DNA of 63,699 bases, counting the filler, from Octopus bimaculoides (lineage: Eukaryota): the NCBI RefSeq assembly GCF_001194135.2. It is 8 parts of 7 records of this genome, joined end to end, with 100 filler letters (N's around TTAATTAATTAA, not from the genome) between each part and the next. Parts side by side here need not be neighbours in the genome. Positions count along the whole stretch, not along the records: positions 1 to 11,463 come from NC_069000.1; positions 11,564 to 37,487 come from NC_068988.1; 6 more parts are not named here. One strand, 5' to 3'. The notes beneath the pieces were generated by a model that saw nothing but the letters and a program-made list of their open reading frames with translations, was not told where the DNA came from and ran no database searches. Every line of letters starts with the position of its first letter. The stretch's first letter is position 1. Made by a program: the position numbers and the translations under genes. Shown piece after piece: positions 1 through 12,332 of this stretch.

Positions 1-102
1 AATCTATGTATATATTAAACAGAACAACAAAAGTTATAATAGATGGCAGGGTCGGTACTTTTCACATATCTGTAATTTTTCAGATTAACCCCCGCACAAT
101 TA

Positions 103-252
103 CCCAACCCTAATCCTAAACCTAATCCTAACACTAACCCTAACATTAACCCTAAACCCTAACCCTGACCCTAAAACCGTAACACTAATCCTAACCCAAC
201 CGTAACCCTAAATCCTAACCCTGACCCTAAAACCCTAACCCTAATACCCTAG
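103..252. repeat. Degenerate interstitial telomere-like (CCCTAA)n array
   Basis: Run of CCCTAA/CCTAA/CCCTGA/CCGTAA variants with non-telomeric sequence on both sides (1-102 and 253 onward). Confidence 0.8.
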
Positions 253-432
253 TGAAAATCGTGGTATATTTACAAAATATTGACGAACATGAGTTATATT
301 TTATTGAATGATTGTGTACTTGCATGTGTATGCGTTTGAGAGAGCAAGAGAGGAAGAGGTAGGGAGAAAGGCCTAGAGGTAGTTAAAAGTTTTCTTATGA
401 CGGCTTCGCTTCACTGCCTATTACTTCATTAG

Positions 433-587
433 AAATCTATGGATGCACTTACGCACATAATAGAGAAAAATGAAACAAATATGGACAACTTGCTCCGAAA
501 CACTACCGAGTGGGGAACACTTCTCAAAAATAACCTGCAGTTGTTTCCTTCAAAATTCCTACATGCTCGAAATGTACATACATCAAG
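433..587 (+). CDS. Candidate internal exon, unidentified product (KSMDALTHIIEK...HARNVHTS)
   Basis: Acceptor-like ttacttcattAG ends at 432, donor-like AAG|GTA at 588, 155 nt with an open frame. The antisense frame is also open with a GTAAGT donor at 452, so strand is uncertain. No family recognised. Confidence 0.3.
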
Positions 588-1319
588 GTANNNNNNNNNN
601 NNNNNNNNNNNNNNNNNNNNNNNNNNNNNNNNNNNNNNNNNNNNNNNNNNNNNNNNNNNNNNNNNNNNNNNNNNNNNNNNNNNNNNNNNNNNNNNNNNNN
701 NNNNNNNNNNNNNNNNNNNNNNNNNNNNNNNNNNNNNNNNNNNNNNNNNNNNNNNNNNNNNNNNNNNNNNNNNNNNNNNNNNNNNNNNNNNNNNNNNNNN
801 NNNNNNNNNNNNNNNNNNNNNNNNNNNNNNNNNNNNNNNNNNNNNNNNNNNNNNNNNNNNNNNNNNNNNNNNNNNNNNNNNNNNNNNNNNNNNNNNNNNN
901 NNNNNNNNNNNNNNNNNNNNNNNNNNNNNNNNNNNNNNNNNNNNATGTGTGGTTGTGTGTGTTTTTACGTATCTATGTTATGAAAAATAGGTAAAGAATA
1001 CTGAGAAGAAAGTTTAATCTATGACGTTGTATGTATCACTTTCTCTCTCTGTTGAGCGCGTGTGTAAGAACGCTGTCCCAGGTAGAAGGGAAGAAATATA
1101 AAAGTTGCTAGAAACAACAGCCAAATCTCCCTTAAATCACACAAAGTAAACGGAATTTTAAAAATCTAATTACTGCACTGGAAAGTTCAGATCGAGAAAA
1201 TTCCATTGATGTAAAAATTTTTACAAAAAAGTGGAAAATGTGGATTTCTATAAACTTTTAAAAAGGCTTCACACAGACACACAACTTCAGCTTTATATAT
1301 TAAGATATATATATATATA

Positions 1320-1478
1320 GTGGTTAGCATAAGGAAGGGCATCCAGCGATAGTAACCAAGCCAAATCAGACTGGAACCTGATGCAGCTTCCATGGTTGCC
1401 TGCTCTGTTTAAACCATCCAACCCATGCCAGCATAGAAAACAGATATTGAAGAATGATGATGATGATGATCATCATAT
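1320..1478 (+). mobile_element. SINE 3' portion, GGAAGGGCATCCAG family, with (GAT)n tail
   Basis: aggaagggcatccagc...aaaccatccaacccatgccagcat...gatgatgat. A related copy lies in reverse at 8725-8930. Confidence 0.65.
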
Positions 1479-2148
1479 ATATCATCACCAACATCATTTT
1501 AATATCCACTTTTCCATAATTGCATAGCTTGGACATAATTTGTTGAGGCAGATTTTCTATGACCAGATGTCCTTCCTGTCATATATGATGCTTTAGTCTT
1601 TTTGGCCAACAACTTCTCTAGTAATATAACATGCACGTGTGCCCACTGTAAAGTAGTTGGTGGTGATAGGAAGGGCATTAACCATCCAGCTGTAGAAACC
1701 ATATCTAAAATGAAACGTATGAATAGGATATGGACTCCAAAAGCTGCATTGAAGATTGTTTTTCTAGGAGGGCAGTACTCTGAATAAAAATTGATACAGT
1801 ATAGACAAGATTCTTGAGTCCTACCATGATGAACTACTCTTATGTCAGCAACTTGATAAAATGTATCTGGTATACACTATAAAGTGGTAGAATAGTAATG
1901 GCTTTTAGCCATAGAAACCATGCCAAAAACAAAATATATAGAATCAAGAATTAGACATGAACTGCATAAGCCATATCAAGGGCTGCCCAACAAGAAGGCA
2001 AGTAACTCCAAATAAGGTAGATAGAGTTCTCTAACCAAGTCACAGAGAACTTGTCTGCTGCCAATAGCATAGTAAAATTAAGTTAATCCATAAACAACAA
2101 CATATACAACAAAAAAGATAGTTTTTTCTGTTGCTTTATGTACTAGAT

Positions 2149-2280
2149 CAGTGGTTCCCAACCTTTTCACTATCAAGGCCCCCTTTTATTTCAATAAGTT
2201 TTCCCACGGATTCCAGGATATTGAAAGGTGTACCTTTGCAGACCACCAGGGGTCCACGAACCACAGGTTGGGAACCACTG
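2149..2280. mobile_element. hAT (Charlie/Buster-like) MITE, 132 bp
   Basis: Perfect 16-bp TIRs CAGTGGTTCCCAACCT/AGGTTGGGAACCACTG and a perfect 8-bp TSD TACTAGAT (2141-2148, 2281-2288). Confidence 0.95.
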
Positions 2281-2377
2281 TACTAGATGATACACACCGT
2301 GACAAGTGGAAAGATACTTCCAGCATGGGAAAAAGAAAATAGATTGATGGTGAAAATGACTGTGTGTGCTGTATGCT

Positions 2378-2411
<34 letters not shown>

Positions 2412-2661
2412 NNNNNNNNNNNNNNNNNNNNNNNNNNNNNNNNNNNNNNNNNNNNNNNNNNNNNNNNNNNNNNNNNNNNNNNNNNNNNNNNNNNNNNNNN
2501 NNNNNNNNNNNNNNNNNNNNNNNNNNNNNNNNNNNNNNNNNNNNNNNNNNNNNNNNNNNNNNNNNNNNNNNNNNNNNNNNNNNNNNNNNNNNNNNNNNNN
2601 NNNNNNNNNNNNNNNNNNNNNNNNNNNNNNNNNNNNNNNNNNNNNNNNNNNNNNNNNNNNN

Positions 2662-2708
<47 letters not shown>

Positions 2709-3592
2709 TGCAAAAAATGGTATACTGAGTTGAATCACTTTTGTCAAAAGGTAACTTAGCTGTTCAATAAATAGCAATTGATAACATAAGTATCAGATTG
2801 AAATACATACTGGGAGGAGATTTCATGGACTAAGCCCCTTGATGGTGGTGCAGCAGAATGATTGTTGTCCAATGAATGAAATCAGTAAAAATATCAAAGT
2901 ATATGTGTATGTGTGCTTTTGTGCTTAACACCTATAATATTACATTCTTTAATGCATTAAAAACTTTTTTTTTCTGAATACACACTTTTGAAATTGAGGT
3001 GCATCTAGAATGCCCATCATCTTTTATACCATTAAATACAGTAGTTTGTTGCAATTTAATAAGCAGTTTACTTTTTCAAGTTTGCAGTCAGATTGGCACT
3101 ACAGAATTTTGATACTGTAGTGAAAACTGGCACCACAGCTAGTGCAAACTAGCTGTAGTATCAGAGTGCACGCAAGATGGAGAGATTACTGAATCAGAAC
3201 TTTGGGCCTTAAAGACTTCGTTATTGGTTGGTTGGTTGCATTCATTTGATTTATGTAGTTGATTAGATACTAATTAGAATGAAGTTCATTTGTCAAAATA
3301 TATTTGTTAATAGTGTTTACGGTGTTGGGTTCACGATCGTCAAATTATAAGTTCGATTCCTGGAGTAGGAGGCGCATTATGTCTCTGAGCAAGGCATTAC
3401 ATTTCACGTTTTTTAAAGTCTATTCAGCTGTAAATTAGTACCAACCTAGTGCTGATGCATCTTTGTCCCTCTGTCACATCCTCGATGTTCTTACTGGGCC
3501 AAGGGTTGGAGGACGACTATATCAGTTAGTAACTATTGGTATAGGTGTTTAAAGCAGCTGGAGTGTAGTACAAGCTATCAGGTCCTACTCAC

Positions 3593-4753
3593 CTGCGAGT
3601 GACAAGTAAAGCTTTTATATATCAATAATTGACAACGATCAATCTAAGTATAGATTGGTAAAACATATTACTGTAGCAGGTCTTACTGTTTAGTAATTAT
3701 AATATTCTCTCTTACGAAATAAATAAATATCATAACATAATATAAATAGCAGTAAATAATCCCGGAGGATCCGAAGAAATAAATTGAGTGTATGAAAACT
3801 GTTCAGAACCTGCAACTCTTTCGGATAACGCTTTACTCGGAAACCAAATTTGTTTCCACTAAATCAGTGAACCAATGATTGGCCCAGCGGAAACTTGTAA
3901 CCAACGACGCTATAATGCACAGATATAAAATAAATAAATAAACTACTATCTAGTAGGAACTCTCAGACGAAGGGTATACGATAACTGTATATATTAAGTA
4001 CTCGTAATTTAAGCCACTCGGGGGTCTTTTTACGTAATCATTCACCCAACAAAACAATAATTTCATAATTTTTTTTTATTTGGGCCTGTAACTCGATAAT
4101 AATGCAACGCTTTAAAAGAGAAATAACGACTGGACATTTAAGGTATCAATGCTTTTCTCAGGAATATTAGGAACGTAAAACGGGTAAGTGAAACTGCTAC
4201 ACCTACTCGAACCCGGTTTTCTAGGAACTTGCTTCCACCACATGGATCCCGGTTGTTGATGTGTATACAAACATCAAGCTCGTAATTGAAGAAAATTGAA
4301 AGTGACGTTTCAGTCCTTTCCTGAATGTTCTAATGATAGAAATTAAATGGTTGGCTGCAACTAGAAATTGGTTCGTCCAGAATTAACTCTTCGGGCCATG
4401 GTGTTTATGACCAAAAAAAAAAAAATCAGTAAGAAAGAAAAAGTGACAAAGCACACAATAAACCTGTAAACCAAATTAAGAAAAAAAGAAAGACATGTGC
4501 AGTCTGTTAATGCCAATTTGTAATGAAATTAATAATTATCTTAGTTTAGGAATCGATGGACATATATCACAAGACAGTATTTGACTACGTCACGTAACCG
4601 AAACAATAAGCGGCGGTGGCGGTCGGTGTTGAAATGTAAACCTAAATCGATAACTTAAAACCATGAGTCTGCGTTTACTGGTTAAAAATTCCTGTAGCCG
4701 GCGCCGAAGATGTGCCGTCGTACAGGAGACTTGTTATCATTCCATTTGAAACG
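3593..4753. promoter_or_regulatory. Candidate bidirectional promoter with divergent first exons
   Basis: Consensus minus-strand donor CAG|GTGAGT (exon ends 3593). Plus-strand donors CGG|GTAAGT (4183) and ACG|GTAAGT (4753). Inverted CCAAT pair at 3872-3882, GCGGAAAC at 3887-3894, CRE/ATF-like TACGTCACGTA at 4586-4596. Locally CpG-enriched and largely repeat-free. Confidence 0.5.
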
Positions 4754-5645
4754 GTAAGTCAACTTTATAACATGGAATCATTATTGTCCATACATGTTTA
4801 GCTCCAATAGTTATTGAATTCGCAATATATACCGTCTTTTTTTCTTTCTCCACGATTCTTTCGGATCAATTTCAACACGATTGTTTATATAACAGCTTTC
4901 ATTTCGACATCATCTCGTGGCTGCCTGCCTTGCTAAAAATAGCTACCAAATTTCCCGCAAATAGCATCCGAATCCCTTTAAAAATGAAAGACACTTCGGA
5001 TTATGTCGTCTTAGATACATTGTTTGAATATTAAAAAAATGAGATGGTTATAGCTGGAACTCTTCATAGGTGTCTGATTAGGGTTGACCTGGGATTAAAT
5101 AACATAACAATTCTACCATGCTTTATTTCAAAATGCTTCACCTTTCCATAAAAGTACTCGAAATAAAAGAGATTGTAAGTCTCGTATTCCTCACTTTTGT
5201 TCCTCTCTGGTTTGCGCGTGTAATTCTTTCAACTGTCGCTCTGTTGGTAGCACCCCCAGTGAACATTAACTATAATAGACACGAAATGAAATATTGGTAG
5301 AGGCTTTATTTTAAACACTAATTTTTTAGTAGAGCTTTAATTTTAACCATGCCATGTGTTCTTTCTTTCACTTTATTGACGCATTTCAAGAGAAATGTCT
5401 CAGACAAAGAAATAAACATTTAGCTTATAGAATTTTCGAAATTAAAAAATGTGGAATTTTGTTATTTTTACTTATTTTATTTTTGGCTGATGATTATTTT
5501 TGAAATATTCAAAATAGTAATTAATTTAGAACTAATCTAATAAGCGGGTGAAAATGTCTTGTGAATAGAATTTAGTAGATAAACTGTACGGAGATTGATT
5601 TTTATGTGTGTGTGTGTATGAAAATAAATATTTGTATGTGTGTGC

Positions 5646-5681
<36 letters not shown>

Positions 5682-5950
5682 NNNNNNNNNNATATATATA
5701 TATATATATATATATATGAAAATAAATATTTGTATGTGTGTGTATATATATATGAAAATAAATATTTGTATGTGTGTGTGTGTATATATATATGTCTATG
5801 AAAATAAATGTGTGTGTGTGTATATATAAATAAATGTATGTTGCATAGTGTTTGTATTTATTTTTACACCGGTTAACCGTCCGTCGGTGTTGTTTATTTT
5901 GTCTCTCATTTTATACTCCGTAATTTTGCGTGTATACATGCACGTACATA

Positions 5951-5989
<39 letters not shown>

Positions 5990-6221
5990 NNNNNNNNNNN
6001 NNNNNNNNNNNNNNNNNNNNNNNNNNNNNNNNNNNNNNNNNNNNNNNNNNCTCTCAGGCGACTGCTGCTGCAAGTTACGGCAGAGATGCCTGCCGGTCAC
6101 CGATCGGTTGCATAACTTCCAAAACGACAGTCTTATCTTTTTTCTAACCATGCTTTCCGTGCCGGTAGGTGCTCTTTTCTGAATTTACTCTTATGTTGTT
6201 TCGTCTTTGTCCCACGATAGT

Positions 6222-6252
6222 CGATCTTACGGTACGTCGTACCGTAAGATCG
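6222..6252. repeat. Perfect 31-bp hairpin palindrome
   Basis: CGATCTTACGGTACG-T-CGTACCGTAAGATCG: 15-bp arms with a 1-nt centre. Confidence 0.95.
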
Positions 6253-6757
6253 CCGTTTTTTATATTTCATGACAAAAACTTTTCGTCTCAAACAAGAATC
6301 AAAACAATTAAATTACAACATTGAACGAAATCGTATAATTTTGGAATAGATGGATCTCGAAGTAGGAAAGGAAAAGAGAACGAAAGTCGAAGAGACAGAA
6401 ATGTAAAAAAAAAAAAAAATCGAAATCTTTAGGGAAGAAACAAAAAACTATTTTTCCTTCCCTATAAGGAAGGGGACTTCTATTCCAAAATTCCAACAAC
6501 GAAAGTACTTAGAATTTAACTATTTTTCCTTTCTTAATAAAAACTGAAACTTAGTTTCGCATCCCCACTCCTTCAACTTTTCTTCCCTTATTCCAATTTC
6601 TCTTCTGAGGCTAATCTACATCTCTCGGGGCTCCTTTCTTTTAACATTTGCTCTCTGTTCAGAATTTATTTTACAATCCAGACTGGTTTGTAACTAGAAA
6701 GCATTACCATAACCATTTCTTTTTAAAGATAACTCTAGGCGAAAAAGAAAAAAAATA

Positions 6758-8644
6758 TACTGTCTGCTACCCAGACAAATAGTGCCGTACCAAACTAAAT
6801 CGAGTATGCTGATTCGGAATCTGAACTCAGAATTGCTGTAGCACGTCAGGATTTTGAGTTATGTACATAATTACATATTAATGCTATATTAGTATCAGGA
6901 ATAGTTAAGTTCAAAGTAAATAATTATTATAATAGTATATTAGTATTGTATATAGTATATTTATGATCAAGGCAAATAAATAGTATTATAATATAATGGT
7001 ACATAGTATATTTATGTTGAGGGAATACTCACTTTATTTTTGATATGCTCAGCTCAGAAATGTTTGAGACATTTATTCTTGTGCTTATGCATCATGCTGG
7101 TCTCCCATTGTAGGAACCAGCAGTAGTCACCCATCATGTGTGAATTGAACCAACCTTGACACCTCGTTTCCATCTCAGATATATCCTAGTGGAACTGCAT
7201 CACTAAGGGCACCAAGATTCGTTGGGAAAAATCGAGATGAGAATGCAAGAAGTGCATTTTAAGGGACATTCAGCATCCCATTCTTTCATATGCTGTTAGC
7301 ATGTTGTTTATTAAATCAGCATAGTTTTCAGCTCTATGATTTTCAGGAAAGTTCTGTACAACTATCAATTCTCTGATCTTGGGTCCAATGAAAATGCCTG
7401 CTTTTTTCTGCGCCAAATTTTACTCTTAGGTACTGGAAGCCACAACCATCGTGTTTCATTGCTTTTACAAAGTTTTTCATGAGGCTGAATTTGATGTGAA
7501 GGGGTGGAAGGAAGATCTTTTGTGGGTCTACTAGTGGCCTATGCTACACATTGTATCAACCAACTATACAGTCATCTCTTTTAGGCCAGTCTTTTACAGT
7601 GTAATGATTGTTGTCCATTGCACTGTTCCAAACACACAAGAGACACATATTTTTTATATATCCCAGCTGTAGTCCTAAGAGGAGAGAAATCACCTTTAAA
7701 TCACCACAAATATTCCACTTATGAACTGAGTAATTAACTCCTTTCAGAATGAGTTACATTGATTCATAAGTTTCTTCCATACTGACAACATGACCCACAG
7801 GAATGGAAAATTTTGCATTACCTTTATGTAACAACACAGCTTTGAGGTTAACCTTACATGAATCTATAAACAATCTCCATTCATTAGCCACATGCACATG
7901 TCCTAGTTTTTGCATGGGTGCATTAACATCAGTACAGTCATGCAAAAGTAACAACCAAAAACATGTTTGGCTGGCTCATGCCATACCATCGGTACAGCAA
8001 AAGGCATTCCCTTCCGTTTTCCATTCAGCCATTGTGTAAGCCCTGAGTAACACATGATGCAGCATATATGAGGTGCCCACCTCTTGTCTTTGACCCAAAC
8101 TTTACACTTGAAATAATATTTATAGGCAGTTTTTAATTTGGTGGACATATTCTTCCACTGGTCACGTGGAGCAAATTTTCCTCAGACATAACAAAAGTTG
8201 TCTGGATGATTCACACAGCCTCTCCTATTCATGATCCAGCGCAATGAAAACAGTGAAAACAGTAATCACGCAGAGCGAGAGATACACATACCACATGTGA
8301 CAGCAGTGCAAATGACACTGAGAGTTACCAAGAACAAACTGACGTATTTGGCACTTGCCCGCAATACATCAGCGCCATCAATCACTAAACTAAATAATGA
8401 ACTTTCTCATCATTTGTTTTATTGCTGTTATTTCTTTAATTTTGAATTAAGACTGCTTTCATTTTAGCAAATTTTATAATATGGCCTATATCTAGCCGAA
8501 AGTATAGTTATAATCTTGCGCATGCACATAACTCAAAATCCTGACATGCTAGAACAATTCTGAGTGCGGATTCAGAATCAGAATCCTCTATTTAGTCTAA
8601 AACATATGCTTTTACCCCAGTAGCAAAATCTTTGTTGTCCAGTG
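6758..8644 (-). mobile_element. Decayed Chapaev3-like DNA transposon with fragmented transposase
   Basis: Imperfect subterminal inverted repeats of roughly 100 bp (both carry ctcagaattg...tcaggattttgagttatgt), right end ...CAGTG then TAA. Minus-strand peptides WAPHICC..C...LTQWLNGKRKGMPFAVPMVW.EP..H...CYFC, EWRLFIDSCKVNLKAVLLHKGN and MSLKMHFLHSHLDFFP match motifs I recall for Chapaev3 transposases. Confidence 0.8.
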
Positions 8645-8724
8645 TAATATAGCCAAGGCTGTGAGAAACCTACTAGATGCTTTGGAAGTTTTTATTTTAT
8701 TTCTTAGTGTTTTGTGTTCAAATA

Positions 8725-8930
8725 CATCATCATCATCATCATCATCATCATTTAACGTCCGCTTTCCATGCTAGCATGGGTTGGATGATTTGACTGAGTA
8801 CTGGTGAACCGGATGGCTGCACCAGGCTCCAATCTGATCTGGCAACGGCCACGCTCGAAATGGTGTATTTTACGTGCCACCTGCACAAGGGCCAGTCCAG
8901 CGGTACTGGCAACGAACTTGCTCGAATGTC
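8725..8930 (-). mobile_element. SINE 3' portion with (GAT)n tail (same family as 1320-1478)
   Basis: catcatcat...tttaacgtccgctttccatgctagcatgggttggatg is the reverse complement of the family 3' end. Confidence 0.7.
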
Positions 8931-9334
8931 TTCCTATAAAACATCTATAAAAATGTGAATGGAATTATGATAAAGCAGATATGATAAACTTGTTACTATT
9001 TTCTGCACTAATTTTTAGATGTCAATGTCATTTTACATTGAAAAATTATATCAGATAATTTATTCCCATATTTATCTTTCAGTTTTGTCATAGCTGCCCT
9101 AAAAGGAAGGTGAACATAAATAAGTTCCTTCTCCATTCACCTTGAATAAAAGATATCAGGCCACAATCTTTTTTGACCAGTGTAAGTGCCACTCTACCTT
9201 GTTGATGTCAAGTTACTTGAGAATAAAAGACACAGTCCATATAGAGCTAGTGGTAATTGTTGCTACTGTTGTTTAGCCCAGACCTTTCAGCTATGATCAT
9301 CCCATTTTTTTTTAAAGACATAATGTATCTAATA

Positions 9335-9670
9335 AAGGGTAAGGGTAAAGACCACCTACAGTCATGAATAACCATGGGATTGCACCTAGAAAGTTCCCCT
9401 CCAAGGCACAAGTCCAGGCAAGTTTGTTTTTATGGAAGACCAGCAGTCACCCATGCATACCAGCTTCCCCTCTCCATGCCACTGATGTTATCCAAGAGAA
9501 AGGCAAAGGGGCCGATACAGCTTGGCACCAGTGATGTCACAACTCATTTCTTCAGCTGAGTGAACTGGAGCTACGTGAAATAAAATGTCTTGCTCCCAGT
9601 CCAGGAATTGAACTCACTACCTCATGATTGTGAGCCCAACACTTTAACCACTGAGCCATGTATCTTCACA
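9335..9670 (-). mobile_element. tRNA-derived SINE (family E)
   Basis: The minus strand begins TGGCTCAGTGG (A box) ... GAGTTCAATTCC (B box-like). Degenerate relatives at ~3315-3450, ~48200-48330 and ~59880-60010. Confidence 0.7.
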
Positions 9671-10430
9671 GACTACAGTATTTAATGTGTATGTGTGTTT
9701 CTTTTTTAAGATAGATGTAATTCGAGGTAGATATGGCTGCCATTTCTAGCTAATCCAGTGACCATACTTCTTTATTCATTTGATGTTGTTTAGTCCCCAG
9801 GTCAACCCTGATGCAGTAGATTTATGTTCAAAGACCTTCCAGTCGTAACACATATTACATTATTCAATGGATCTTTCTATTTTCTATTAAATAGTTTGAT
9901 TTAAATGAAATTTCACTACTATTTCTACCATGTTGAGTGATCTCTTAGAGACTTCCAGATGATGTTGTAACTGCAGCAAGACATTTCACTGTAAACCTAA
10001 TTTCGACATTGTAGAGGCAAGGTGGTGTTTCATTATGTTCTGGGGACAAAATACTGTATTCTATCTACATTATCCCAGTCCACTTGTCTATCTGAAATAG
10101 GGACCTGATCATCTTTGAATGTTAACTTTTATAAACTGCATCGTATCATTTCATCTGCTTTATGTCCTTAACAATTGTTAAAATCTGATGTTAAAAGCCA
10201 TGCACACACCCTCACATAAACACACACACTACACACACACACTCCACACACACACTCCACACACACATACACTCCACACACACACACACACCCTGTCACA
10301 CACACACACACGCTCCACACCCCCTCACACACACACACCTTCAAGTAACTGGCTCCTTAAATCTTAATGTCCTTAACAGTTGTTAAAATCTGATGTTAAA
10401 AGCCATGCACACACTCCACACACACACACT

Positions 10431-10477
<47 letters not shown>

Positions 10478-10825
10478 GACACTCCACATACACTGCTGTC
10501 CGTGAGTCTAAAATCTCTTATCAGGACCTTTCTGGTCGTTCTCATTTTATTTCCTGGAATTCACTGAACTATAAAGCCCATGACAGATTTTTCCAGCATG
10601 TTCTTTTCACAATGAGTCAGCATTTTTTATTATTTTATACACCTAAAGACCTGCATGAGTTGTTTTTTCATTTATATTTTTGTGTATTTCTTTGCAGTTT
10701 CTAGATTTTTGTGCTTTATCAGTTTAACTAACGAATCATAGTTAATTACTACTACAGTGAATTGACAATGACTAGACATTTATTTGGTTTTGCACTCCAG
10801 GGTTTCATATTAAAGTACTCATCCC

Positions 10826-10929
<104 letters not shown>

Positions 10930-11409
10930 TTATCTGATTAAAATTCAATTGAAATAACAAAGACAAATGTATGTGTGCTGAATGTGGGAGAGAGAGGAAG
11001 AGAGAGGGAGAAGTGTATGTGTTTATAATTCTATACGTATCAAGACAATCAGATACGGTCTGGGTTACAAGATTGATTGAAAGATACAGCTTGGAAAGCA
11101 GGTAAAAAGTGACATATTATATACTTGTATGTTTGTATGTATGTATATTTTTGTATATATGTTTGTGTGTGTACATGTGTGTGTATATGTATTTGTGTGT
11201 GTGTGTGTGTAAATGTGTGTATGTTTATATACATGTGTGTGTGTGTGTGTATTTTTTTCTCTCCTTGTTTCTTTTTGTGTTCCTTTCTGTGGAAGAGTGT
11301 AGGCTCGAAATGTTAAAGACTTTTTCAATTCCTGAGCGTTATACTAATACATCTATTTGTTTTCTACACCACCTGTCTTCATCTGTTGATTTTTTTTTGT
11401 GAATTCTCC

Positions 11410-11444
<35 letters not shown>

Positions 11445-11507
11445 AAGAAAAGCAACAAAAATTNNNNNNNNNNNNNNNNNNNNNNNNNNNNNNNNNNNNN
11501 NNNNNNN

Positions 11508-11519
11508 TTAATTAATTAA
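11508..11519. other. Assembly gap linker TTAATTAATTAA (six-frame stop), artefact
   Basis: Identical 12-mer embedded in N runs (44 N on each side here). Also at 37532, 50264, 52511, 55718, 58947 and 61804. Confidence 0.95.
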
Positions 11520-11585
11520 NNNNNNNNNNNNNNNNNNNNNNNNNNNNNNNNNNNNNNNNNNNNATATATACATACATATATATAT

Positions 11586-11618
<33 letters not shown>

Positions 11619-11684
11619 AATATATATATACATATATATACATATATATATACTTATATGTATGTGTGTGTGTTTGTGTGTGTG

Positions 11685-11723
<39 letters not shown>

Positions 11724-12117
11724 CTTTTACTAGTATCAGTCATTAGACTGCACTCACGCTGGGGTACCACAATGAAGAGTTTAGTCGAACAAATCGACCT
11801 CAGTAGTTTTTTTTAATATACCACTTATTTTATTGGCCTCTTTTGTGAGGCCAATAAACACACCAACACTGGCTGTCAAACGGTTCAGGAAGATAAACAC
11901 AGACACTCATACATGAATAACCACACACACGCACTCACACACACACACATACACATATATATGTGTGTATATATTCTTTTATTCTTTTGTTCTTTAGTTT
12001 GTTTTGGTCATGTGACTGCAGCCATCGTGTACAAACAATATTCAAAGAACAAATACGTACTTACTAAAGTAAACACGGATTTATACTCCGGTTGTGTGTA
12101 CAATCACTGAATATGCA

Positions 12118-12222
12118 ATGAGTCTCAAGTTTGCACAAAGGTTGCTCATTGGTACAAACACTGCATTCAGTTGTACTGCATTCAACAAACTCCAGATTCA
12201 CGACGCGAATTGCAGGTTCCAG
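12118..12222 (+). CDS. Candidate first coding exon MSLKFAQRLLIGTNTAFSCTAFNKLQIHDANCRFQ
   Basis: ATG at 12118, 35 open codons, strong donor CAG|GTAAGG at 12223, same strand as the 4753 donor. No homology recognised. Confidence 0.3.
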
Positions 12223-12254
12223 GTAAGGTGAATAACAAACAAATAACAACAGTT

Positions 12255-12332
<78 letters not shown>

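Noticed and set aside
433-587. Faint resemblance of NLLRNTTEWGTLL to iGluR S2 or guanylate-cyclase linker motifs
   Set aside because: Too few identities to support a family call by eye.
5488-5520. CTGATGA...GAAA arrangements at ~5490, ~14264 and ~25084
   Set aside because: Stems I/II do not form properly or need extra bulges, consistent with chance matches.
10162-10414. ~47-bp direct repeat flanking CA-rich sequence. Similar local duplications at 32439-32600 and 27829-27955
   Set aside because: Simple local tandem duplications in microsatellite-rich DNA with no element hallmarks.
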